Source: a virus (lineage: Duplodnaviria > Caudoviricetes). From it: 25,978 nt of DNA. The translations under genes and the position numbers were made by a program. Location: positions 1 to 25,978 of the IMG/VR virus record IMGVR_UViG_3300044518_000038. One strand, given 5' to 3'. Of the stretch, positions 1-6,588 are shown piece by piece (the stretch's first letter is position 1; the number at the start of each line of letters is the position of its first letter). The notes under the pieces were generated by a model, which saw only the letters and a list, made by a program, of their open reading frames with translations, did no database searches and was not told the origin of the DNA.

Positions 1-24
1 CGGCCGGGGGGCTTCTCGTCGTGT

Positions 25-56
25 GGGGGGGGGCCCCCCCCGCTACTCCATAGACT
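25..56 (+). promoter_or_regulatory. Putative promoter: G9C8 tract followed by -10 TAGACT
   Basis: G run 25-33, C run 34-41, TAGACT 51-56, upstream of the purine-rich RBS and ATG 85; no consensus -35. Confidence 0.45.
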
Positions 57-84
57 GACGCGGCCGGAGGAGAGGACTGAGGAT

Positions 85-474
85 ATGCGCCCGCTGGAGT
101 ACCGAGATTTCTTGATCGACGTGTTGAAGAACACGCCTGAAGTGCAGAAGGTGGATGTGTTTGAGGGGGGCCCGTACCCCTACGCCCTGTCCGTGACGGT
201 GGCTGGTCGGGAGCAACGTTGGCAGGTGATTGGGCAGCTTGCCGAGGGTGCGAAGCACGAGACGCCGACGGCGGCTGTTCAGGGTGCGCCGGCCTCGTTC
301 CAGGCCGCTCCCGTCAGTGGGCCGGCGGATGCGTGGCTGGCTGGTGTGGTTGGTGCTGCGGAGTCGCCGGAGACACAGGAGATCGCTGTGTGGTCGGTTC
401 GTGAAGGCGACCGGGGCGAGGGGCTCACGGTCGCGTTCCATAATGGCGAGCGCGCTTTCGTGCGCCGGTTCTGA
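85..474 (+). CDS. Hypothetical protein (129 aa) with an apparent internal duplication
   Basis: RBS GAGGAGAGG/GAGGA; globular composition unlike the shadow ORFs. Confidence 0.85.
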   Translation: MRPLEYRDFLIDVLKNTPEVQKVDVFEGGPYPYALSVTVAGREQRWQVIGQLAEGAKHETPTAAVQGAPASFQAAPVSGPADAWLAGVVGAAESPETQEIAVWSVREGDRGEGLTVAFHNGERAFVRRF

Positions 475-544
475 GCCGTCGACTGGGCGTCTCGCTCGCC
501 GTGTACTGCATGCCGGTTGTGTCCCTTCGAGTAGGGAGCTGATC

Positions 545-700
545 ATGCAGGGTGAGCGTTTCGATCCGGGCGAGTTAGCCGGTAGCTGTCCGGTGTGCGG
601 GGCGGGTGTCGGCTCGGAGCCTGGGCAGCCGACGACGATGCATCAGCGGGGTGGCACGGGGACGGAAACGTGCCCAGGTAGCGGGCAGCCCGCGAACTGA
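545..700 (+). CDS. Small Zn-ribbon-like protein (51 aa; CPVC...H...CPGSG)
   Basis: RBS AGGGAG 533-538, ATG 545, terminator follows; in-frame TTA at 575-577. Confidence 0.7.
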   Translation: MQGERFDPGELAGSCPVCGAGVGSEPGQPTTMHQRGGTGTETCPGSGQPAN

Positions 701-708
701 GCGAACTG

Positions 709-739
709 AGGGCCTCATCCGCGTGACGGATGGGGCCCT
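709..739 (+). terminator. Intrinsic terminator hairpin
   Basis: AGGGCCTCATCCG-cgtga-CGGATGGGGCCCT (13 bp, one G-U) followed by TGTTG. Confidence 0.75.
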
Positions 740-784
740 TGTTGCTGCCGGTCTGTGCTGCGCGCCACAACCGACCAGTACCGG

Positions 785-813
785 TTGCCGGGCTGCTCCC
801 GCGACTTCAGGCT
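785..813 (+). promoter_or_regulatory. Putative sigma70/HrdB-type promoter
   Basis: TTGCCG(785-790)-17 nt-CAGGCT(808-813). Confidence 0.5.
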
Positions 814-848
814 TCCTCCAACTGGGCCTGGGAGCTGGAAGGTTGACG

Positions 849-1169
849 TTGATCGCTTGCCCGTCACCGAAGTGCGGATCGCCGAACGTCGCCGACTTGC
901 CGCACTACTGGAAGTCTCTGCCGTCGGAGTCGCCACTGAAAGCGAAGTACGCCCCGCCGGCCAAGGCAGAGAGCGGCTACCTGGCGGCTCTGGTCGCGGT
1001 GACCCTGGGCGTGGCGGTCGTCGTGTCGGGCTCACTGTCTGGCCTGCTGGTGGCCGCTGGCGGCGTGGTCTGGGGCGTGCTGGTGCACCGGCAGGCGGCT
1101 GATGCGGAGACGGCACTGGCGGACTGGAACAGCTCCCGGGTGTGCCTAGCCTGCACAGGCACGTTCTGA
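849..1169 (+). CDS. Small membrane protein (106 aa): Cys pair, two hydrophobic helices, CxxC
   Basis: TTG start after GGAAGG; CPSPKC at the N-terminus, hydrophobic GYLAALVAV...VWGVLV, CLAC at the C-terminus. Confidence 0.8.
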   Translation: MIACPSPKCGSPNVADLPHYWKSLPSESPLKAKYAPPAKAESGYLAALVAVTLGVAVVVSGSLSGLLVAAGGVVWGVLVHRQAADAETALADWNSSRVCLACTGTF

Positions 1170-1517
1170 TCAGGAGCGGCGCGCGATGCGGTTGAGGTCG
1201 GCGTCGAGGGCGGCTAGGTCGGGGTGGTCTCGGAGTTGTTGTTCGCGGGCCCATTCGGCGAGGTCGGCTTTGTGGGCGGCCCGCACGGCGTGGGTGGTGG
1301 TGTCGGCGAGGGTGGCGAGCAGGGCGACGTCTTCTTCGTGCAGGCCTTGGTAGCGGTTGGCGGGGGCGTGCGTGGAGGCCATGTCGGCAGCGCAGCTGCT
1401 GCCGGCTTCGGTGAGTTTCTCGTACAGCCAGCGCCGGAACAGGGTGTCCTGGGCTTCCCAAGTGGGGTCCCAGTTGTCGTTCTCGGGGTCGTCAGGGCCA
1501 GGGCCGATCATGGGCAT
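1170..1517 (-). CDS. Hypothetical helical protein (115 aa)
   Basis: AGGA RBS, protein-like composition; stop abuts the stop of the convergent gene. Confidence 0.75.
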   Translation of the reverse strand: MPMIGPGPDDPENDNWDPTWEAQDTLFRRWLYEKLTEAGSSCAADMASTHAPANRYQGLHEEDVALLATLADTTTHAVRAAHKADLAEWAREQQLRDHPDLAALDADLNRIARRS

Positions 1518-1588
1518 GTGGTGATCCTGTTCTGTCGTGGTGGCTGCTAGGCCGGGTACTGGTGTGCGAGATGTAGCCGGACATGCGT

Positions 1589-1622
1589 GAAGGCGCCCAC
1601 CATGGTTGCGGTGGGCGCCTTC
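1589..1622. terminator. Probably bidirectional terminator downstream of the TA pair
   Basis: Perfect 13-bp stem GAAGGCGCCCACC/GGTGGGCGCCTTC, 8-nt loop. Confidence 0.85.
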
Positions 1623-1630
1623 TGCTGTGG

Positions 1631-1885
1631 TCAGGGTCGTGTGTAGTCGACGAGGGTCACGGTGATCGTCAGGTCGTTGATGATCACGATGGCAATCACG
1701 TCGCCGCGTGCGCCGGTGCGCATCCGGATCGGGCTGTCGGGCACGTCCTGGCCGTAAGGAACGGTGGCGCCGTCCGGGTCGTCGCGGATGGCGTTGAGGA
1801 GGCCGTAGACGGTGCGCTGTGTTTCGACGGGGAGGCTCACGATGTCTCGCCGCAGGTCGGGCGGGACGATCAGGCGGTACCTCAC
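1631..1885 (-). CDS. RelE/ParE-like toxin (84 aa)
   Basis: GTGA overlap with the upstream stop; MRYRLIVPPDLRRDIVSLP...LLNAIRDDP...MRT...IVIINDLTITVTLV fits the RelE beta-alpha-alpha-beta pattern. Confidence 0.7.
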   Translation of the reverse strand: MRYRLIVPPDLRRDIVSLPVETQRTVYGLLNAIRDDPDGATVPYGQDVPDSPIRMRTGARGDVIAIVIINDLTITVTLVDYTRP

Positions 1886-2184
1886 GCTGCGTCGCTGCTC
1901 CTCTGCCCCAGGTCGGCGGCCCACTGGGCGAGCCACTCGTCCGTCTCTCCGTCGTCAGCGTACTGGGGCGGTAGCTCTCCGTTGTGGGTTTGAGCGAACT
2001 GGAGAACCTTGTCGAGGGTCGGCTTCGAGGCTTCGAGCCGTTCCACCAGCGCCACCCACTTGCCGATCACGTCGGGGAGCTGGTCGACGGGCGCAAGGTT
2101 GATCTCGGCGAGAAACTTTTGCCTGGTCACCGGGTGCGGCAGGGCGTGGGCGATGGAGTCGATGGTCCATGACTCGCTGCTCAT
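1882..2184 (-). CDS. Putative antitoxin, DUF6247-like (100 aa)
   Basis: RBS GGAGG; WTIDSIAHAL..RQKFLAEINLAP..L..V..KW pattern; acidic C-terminus; coupled to the RelE-like ORF. Confidence 0.65.
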   Translation of the reverse strand: MSSESWTIDSIAHALPHPVTRQKFLAEINLAPVDQLPDVIGKWVALVERLEASKPTLDKVLQFAQTHNGELPPQYADDGETDEWLAQWAADLGQRSSDAA

Positions 2185-2219
2185 GTCGGCCTCCGCTGAG
2201 ATTGGCGCCCGTATCTGGC

Positions 2220-2262
2220 ATCGTACCGAAACCGATAGCGGTGCGGATTCGCTATCGGATTC
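2220..2262 (-). promoter_or_regulatory. TA promoter (-10 TACGAT) with an adjacent inverted-repeat operator
   Basis: GAAACCGATAGCG-N9-CGCTATCGGATTC (12/13) at 2228-2262; ATCGTA at 2220-2225. Confidence 0.6.
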
Positions 2263-2307
2263 CGATTCTCGTGCCTGGTCAGAGCGCCTCACATTTCCGC
2301 TCCGCGT

Positions 2308-2937
2308 TCAGGCGGCTCGTCTCTCCGCCAGCGGTAGCCGCAACGCCTCGGAGGGCCCGTATTGCGTAGAGCATGCGGGGCAGCGGATGCCGGCGGTGTC
2401 GAGGGTGACGCGGAGGGTGTGCCCGCAGGAGCAGGTGACGCCTATGCGGCGCGGGGGCTTCTCGCCGCCGGTGACGGTCTCACACTGCCAGCGCATGCTG
2501 CCGACCTCGCGCGCGAACTCGTCGAAGGCGCCGTGCCGTTCGGCGGCCCACGGAAGCAGCATGCGGAGCCGGCGAACGACTTGATCGAGCTGCTGCTGGA
2601 GGTCGCCCTCCCAGCGGGGGTGCTGGTAGCCGAGCAGGTCATGCCAGTCGATCAGCCAGGTCTGCAGGACGGTCACCACTCCCCCGCGGGCTGCGAGCGA
2701 GAGTGGCTGTAGGCGGACCGGCAGCGGCGCTGTGCGACTCCCGGACACTGCCGGGCCACCCGAGCCGGAGCCGGGGTGCAGTGAGGCGCTCAGGCGGGCG
2801 TACAGCCCGTCCGGTCCGGCGAGGGACCGGAGGTTCTGGTCGCAGCGGTCGGTACACGGCCGGCAGGCCTGGTGGCCGAGCTCGTGCTCGTACAGGTCGC
2901 GGCCACAGACGGTGCACTGGTAGGCGGGCGTTTCCAC
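2308..2937 (-). CDS. Zn-finger phage protein (209 aa), putative transcriptional regulator (OvmZ-like)
   Basis: CTVC/CRPC at the N-terminus, CSC/CPAC at the C-terminus, SGSRTAPLP motif; last gene of the early operon. Function inferred. Confidence 0.75.
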   Translation of the reverse strand: METPAYQCTVCGRDLYEHELGHQACRPCTDRCDQNLRSLAGPDGLYARLSASLHPGSGSGGPAVSGSRTAPLPVRLQPLSLAARGGVVTVLQTWLIDWHDLLGYQHPRWEGDLQQQLDQVVRRLRMLLPWAAERHGAFDEFAREVGSMRWQCETVTGGEKPPRRIGVTCSCGHTLRVTLDTAGIRCPACSTQYGPSEALRLPLAERRAA

Positions 2938-2959
2938 GGCGGTGCTCCTCGGTGCGGGC

Positions 2960-3136
2960 TTACAGGTAGTCGCCGACGACCTGAACGTCGACGATGCGCG
3001 CGTACTGCTGCGGGGTGAGGCCTTGGTGACGGAGGTCCCGCCACCGCAGGTCGATCGGGTCGTGCACCTCGGCGGCGGCTAGGACGTCAGCCCATTGCGG
3101 GTCGCAGTCGCCGAGGGTGAGCTGGCCGGCGGTCAC
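2960..3136 (-). CDS. Small hypothetical protein (58 aa), not in the ORF track
   Basis: Manual translation MTAGQLTLGDCDPQWADVLAAAEVHDPIDLRWRDLRHQGLTPQQYARIVDVQVVGDYL; GTGA overlap; fills the gap. Confidence 0.7.
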   Translation of the reverse strand: MTAGQLTLGDCDPQWADVLAAAEVHDPIDLRWRDLRHQGLTPQQYARIVDVQVVGDYL

Positions 3137-3444
3137 GGGTGGTCGCCCGCGTACTTGTCGGCCCAGTGACGCCGGTCGGCGGCTGCCGCCTCCGCGACGC
3201 TGGGGCCGGCGGCGGCGTCAGGCGGCTGATGGCCGGCGAAGTAGGCGGCGCGCGCGTCGTGCCCTTCGAAGAGGGTGATCGCGTGCGCGATGGCGATCTT
3301 CAGTCCGGCGTCGATGCCCTCCGCGACCCACCGGGCCTGTTCGAGACCTGCGGCGGTCGAGTTGCGGGCGGCTCGTGCTTGTTCGGCTTGCAGACGCCCA
3401 AGGAGTTCGCGGTATGCCTGGCTGGGTCCAACATGGCTGGTCAT
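3133..3444 (-). CDS. Hypothetical protein (103 aa)
   Basis: Coupled at both ends (ATGA, GTGA). Confidence 0.75.
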   Translation of the reverse strand: MTSHVGPSQAYRELLGRLQAEQARAARNSTAAGLEQARWVAEGIDAGLKIAIAHAITLFEGHDARAAYFAGHQPPDAAAGPSVAEAAAADRRHWADKYAGDHP

Positions 3445-3683
3445 GCTGCTGCCTCTCGTTGTTGGTCGGGGATGTGGATTTGGTGGACGCCGAGTTCACC
3501 GACGGCAAGTGCGATCGCGACGGCTTGGGTGCGGTCGCGGGCGCCGAGCCGGCGGTAGGCGGCGGTGAGGATCTCGGCGACGGAGTGCGGGGTGACACCG
3601 CGCCAGACGGCGATCTCGGCGTTGCTGTTGCCGTTGGCGGCGAGGAGGAGCACCTCGCGCTGGCGAATGGTGAGTTCCTTCAT
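3441..3683 (-). CDS. Stand-alone LuxR/GerE-type HTH regulator (80 aa)
   Basis: LTIRQREVLLLAANGNSNAEIA...YRRLGARDRTQAVAIA; ATGA overlap. Confidence 0.9.
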   Translation of the reverse strand: MKELTIRQREVLLLAANGNSNAEIAVWRGVTPHSVAEILTAAYRRLGARDRTQAVAIALAVGELGVHQIHIPDQQREAAA

Positions 3684-3850
3684 GACCTGCTGCCGATGCT
3701 GGGCGGGAGTGGCCGGCCCTCGCGGGCGGCTTTCTCCCGAAGCGCTTCGGCGATGACGAGGGCCGGGATTTTGCCTCGGAAGGAGAACGCGAGGAGGGCG
3801 AGGCTGGCCTGGTTGATGTAACGGGGTTGCCGGAAACGTCGGGTGTTCAT
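3680..3850 (-). CDS. Small basic hypothetical protein (56 aa)
   Basis: ATG 3850, weak RBS; stop overlaps the LuxR ATG. Confidence 0.55.
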   Translation of the reverse strand: MNTRRFRQPRYINQASLALLAFSFRGKIPALVIAEALREKAAREGRPLPPSIGSRS

Positions 3851-3888
3851 GAGTGGTTGCCGTTCGGTGTGGTGGTCGGTGTGCCGGA

Positions 3889-3916
3889 GTGCCGGCCGCT
3901 CGGACGCGGCCGGCAC
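3889..3916. terminator. Intergenic GC hairpin (terminator or processing site)
   Basis: GTGCCGGCCGC-tcggac-GCGGCCGGCAC perfect 11 bp; no U tract. Confidence 0.5.
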
Positions 3917-3919
3917 GGT

Positions 3920-4315
3920 TCAGGCCTCCGGCTGTTCCTGGTGGCAAGGGCAGACACAGACAGCTGGGCACCATTTGCAAACTGCCGGGGTCTTCGCGCC
4001 GCTGAGTCCGGTGTGCGCTTGGCAGTAGTTGTGCTGGTCGTGGAAGCAGCTCGTGGACAGGTAGATGTGGCGTGTGGTCGGTCCGCGGTCGACGCCGAAG
4101 AGTCCTTGGGTGAGGGCGTCGTCGATGCAGTGGGCGAGGTGCAGAGGGTCGTCGATGAGGTCGTTGCGGACCTTGTCGACGTACTGCAACGCCTTCTTGA
4201 TCCGCTGCTGGTCGTCGGAGGTTTGGTTCCGGAGCTGCTGGTTCTCGGCGCGGAGCCGGTCGAGTTCGGCGAGGAGGTCTTCGGGGGCGGTCCAGTGCTG
4301 CCACGGTTCGGTCAT
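3920..4315 (-). CDS. Hypothetical protein: coiled coil plus Cys/His-rich tail (131 aa)
   Basis: LAELDRLRAEN; HIYLSTSCFHDQHNYC...CKWCPAVCVCPCH; RBS GAGGA. Confidence 0.85.
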   Translation of the reverse strand: MTEPWQHWTAPEDLLAELDRLRAENQQLRNQTSDDQQRIKKALQYVDKVRNDLIDDPLHLAHCIDDALTQGLFGVDRGPTTRHIYLSTSCFHDQHNYCQAHTGLSGAKTPAVCKWCPAVCVCPCHQEQPEA

Positions 4316-4557
4316 TGCTGGTCCTCGTCGTTGGTGAGGGTGTCGCGCCAGCGGTCGAGGTCGTCGGGGGTGGCTTCGGCGGTGAGGCGGCCGTCGCCGG
4401 TGGGGGCGAACCGGTTGAGGATTTCGGTGAGCGCGGCGGCGAGTTCGGCGCGTTCGCGCTCCAGTTGCGTGCGGCGCCGGGCGCCTGTTCGGCCCGCGTT
4501 GGCCTGGACTGCGATCATCTGGCGGCGCATTCGGGAGGTTGATGGGCGTTGCGGCAT
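4312..4557 (-). CDS. Hypothetical protein (81 aa)
   Basis: RBS AGGAG; ATGA overlap. Confidence 0.75.
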   Translation of the reverse strand: MPQRPSTSRMRRQMIAVQANAGRTGARRRTQLERERAELAAALTEILNRFAPTGDGRLTAEATPDDLDRWRDTLTNDEDQQ

Positions 4558-4576
4558 GGCTGCTCCTGGTTGGGTT

Positions 4577-4837
4577 TCAGGGGTGGGTGACGCGGAGGGT
4601 CGGGCGCCTTCCGGGGCGCCGCTCGGGGGTGACGGTGAATCCGTCGGCGCGCAGCACCGTTGCGTACTGGTCGAGGTGGTGCTGCTCGTCGGGTCCGTCG
4701 TGCCAGACGCGGGTAGTGCGCGGGCTGGCCTGCTGGGTGCGGTAGCCGGGCTTCCAGGCGGGTTGGCGGACGGCGTCGGTGTGACCGGCCTTGGCGAGCG
4801 TGTTGGTGACTTCGAATGCAGGGACGCGTCGGGTCAT
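4577..4837 (-). CDS. Hypothetical protein (86 aa)
   Basis: RBS AGGAG; protein-like composition. Confidence 0.75.
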   Translation of the reverse strand: MTRRVPAFEVTNTLAKAGHTDAVRQPAWKPGYRTQQASPRTTRVWHDGPDEQHHLDQYATVLRADGFTVTPERRPGRRPTLRVTHP

Positions 4838-5110
4838 GGTGCTTGCTCCTGGGGTCTGTGCGGGCCGCTGGCGGCCTCTGGTTGTAAAAGTGGGGCTGGG
4901 GAGGCTGAGGGGTCGGATAGCGCCTCTGGCGGCCTTCTGTGGCTTTCGTCGACTCCGAGCGATCGTGAGGCCGGATCGCCGGGCAAGGCTCTGAGCGCCG
5001 CTCTGCGGTCCGGAGCAAGCCAGGGACGCTCACGCCGACTTCGGCCCGCAGGCGGGCGCCCAGGCCCCTCCGCGGGGCCGCGCCGCTTCACGCGGCCCAC
5101 ACGACAGCGG

Positions 5111-5464
5111 TCAGCGGGACGGGGCATCGGCGACGGGCCACGACCAGCCCATGCGGGCACGGTGCTTCTTGCCGCCGTGCCGGGCGGGCAGGTTGCAAGG
5201 TCGGGGCTGGTACTGGGACGGCACGAGGTGCCTAGGTCCGCCAATGTGGCCGCACTCGGGTTCGCCGGGGTTCGCGAAGTCCTTGAAGTGATCCAGGTGC
5301 AGGAGTGTGCTGGCGTCGTCGCGGTAGCAGATATGCGTGACGCAGCTCCCGCAGAACTCGCACTCGGTGCACTGATCGAGGTTCCACGGGTCGACCTGAA
5401 GGCCGAAGTGGGCGAGGTAGCGCTCGTTGGCGCACGGGGTCTCCCAGGGGCGAGCCACGGTCAC
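5111..5464 (-). CDS. Cys/His-rich hypothetical protein (117 aa)
   Basis: GTGA overlap, RBS GAGGAGG; CTECEFCGSC and C...CNLPARHGGKKH motifs. Confidence 0.7.
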   Translation of the reverse strand: MTVARPWETPCANERYLAHFGLQVDPWNLDQCTECEFCGSCVTHICYRDDASTLLHLDHFKDFANPGEPECGHIGGPRHLVPSQYQPRPCNLPARHGGKKHRARMGWSWPVADAPSR

Positions 5465-6033
5465 GCCTCCTCGTCCGTCTCGGGCTGGCCGGGCCGCGCC
5501 ACGGTGGCTCGGCGCAGCAGTTCGGCGAGCGCGCTCTTCGTGCCCGGGTAGCCCTTCGCGATGACGAAATTCCGCAAGTGCTCGGTGGGGAACTCCACCT
5601 CGCACGTCTGGCCGCAGTACCGGTGATCGCCTGCTGCGTGGTCGCGTTCGGTCTCCTCGCGGTCCGCGCGCTGCTCCTCCGTCTCGCGCTCCTTGGCGCC
5701 CGGTGCCGGGTCCTGCTGCGCCTCATCGGCCAGCCGGCGCAGCAGCTCTTCGGCACTGGCCATCCCCTGGAGTCGCATCGGGTTCCAGTGGTTCAGGCCG
5801 GGACGGATGTGCGTGGCCCTCTCGGCGGCAACGGCGTCGGCGGCTTCCAGTAGGACGGTGGTCCGGTTGTCGGCTGGCAGCACGGCCAATACCGCGTCGG
5901 CGCGGCCGTAGGCGTTGGCCCTCACGGTCTCCGTGCGCCGCATCGACGCGTACCGCGGGCTGTTGTTGGCCTCGGCCCACTGCATCAGCGCGGCGGCGAT
6001 GCGGTCGCGGAGGTCGGGGTCGGGCTGGTTCAC
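5461..6033 (-). CDS. Mosaic phage hypothetical protein (190 aa)
   Basis: GTGA overlap; segments LRDRIAAAL, ADAVLAVLP, VLLEAAD, LRRLADEAQQ. Confidence 0.8.
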   Translation of the reverse strand: MNQPDPDLRDRIAAALMQWAEANNSPRYASMRRTETVRANAYGRADAVLAVLPADNRTTVLLEAADAVAAERATHIRPGLNHWNPMRLQGMASAEELLRRLADEAQQDPAPGAKERETEEQRADREETERDHAAGDHRYCGQTCEVEFPTEHLRNFVIAKGYPGTKSALAELLRRATVARPGQPETDEEA

Positions 6034-6230
6034 CGCGCACCGCCCATCGCCCGCTGGCAGCTGCGGCACGTAACCGCGGCGGCGTCGTCGAGCCAGTGGT
6101 TGGCGCTCTCGTCGGACAGGAAGTAGCCGCACGCGGTGGCGCGGTCGGCGCTGCCGTTGACGTGCCGGGCGGCGTGGACGTTCCGGCCGCCCTGCAGACG
6201 GACGCGGTACGGGTGGTCGGGCTGGGTCAT
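6030..6230 (-). CDS. Small Zn-binding hypothetical protein (66 aa; H...TACG...VTCRSC)
   Basis: RBS GGAGA; coupled downstream. Confidence 0.8.
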   Translation of the reverse strand: MTQPDHPYRVRLQGGRNVHAARHVNGSADRATACGYFLSDESANHWLDDAAAVTCRSCQRAMGGAR

Positions 6231-6242
6231 GGCTTCTCCAGG

Positions 6243-6293
6243 GTCGATAGGGTTCGGGCAGGCCCGGCGCTGCTATCGACAGCGCCGGGCTGC
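6243..6293 (-). promoter_or_regulatory. Intergenic hairpin whose loop is complementary to sequence beside the RBS
   Basis: Stem 6262-6272/6280-6290; CTATCGAC 6273-6280 is the reverse complement of GTCGATAG 6243-6250. Confidence 0.5.
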
Positions 6294-6309
6294 TTGCGTG
6301 GTGCGCAGG

Positions 6310-6588
6310 TCACGTCCAGACGCCGTCCAGGTAGGCGCGTGCGGCGCCTTCGACTTCGCGGGTGCGGCCGTCGCGGATGACGAGGATGGGGTTTTCGTCG
6401 CCGAGGTGGGGGTTCATGCCGAGCATCCAGGCGCGGGCGAGGGGCTCACCCTCGCGGGCGGCGATAAGCTGGAAGACCCTGACGACGTCGGCTCGCTGCT
6501 CGGGGGTGAGGAGGGCGGCGATCTGCTCGCTGAACTGGCGACGGAAGAGGGCCAGAGCGTCGTCGACGGGGGTCTTGGCGGTGCTCAT
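6310..6588 (-). CDS. Stand-alone antitoxin Xre/MbcA/ParS C-terminal (DUF2384-like) domain protein (92 aa)
   Basis: ARAWMLGMNPHLGDENPILVIRDG...V..AARAY signature; ATGA overlap. Confidence 0.75.
   Translation of the reverse strand: MSTAKTPVDDALALFRRQFSEQIAALLTPEQRADVVRVFQLIAAREGEPLARAWMLGMNPHLGDENPILVIRDGRTREVEGAARAYLDGVWT

Noticed and set aside
692-709. Tandem GCGAACTGA x2 as a target-site duplication
   Set aside because: No element lies between the copies; simple slippage suffices.
4834-5244. Pro/Arg-rich minus ORF ending in an ATGA overlap, with a TTA codon
   Set aside because: Low complexity, no clear start or RBS; may be a gene remnant but cannot be supported.
3827-5551. 574-aa plus-strand ORF and other long antisense ORFs (10280-11875, 13352-14416)
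   Set aside because: High-GC shadow frames opposite well-supported coupled genes; no motifs or RBS.
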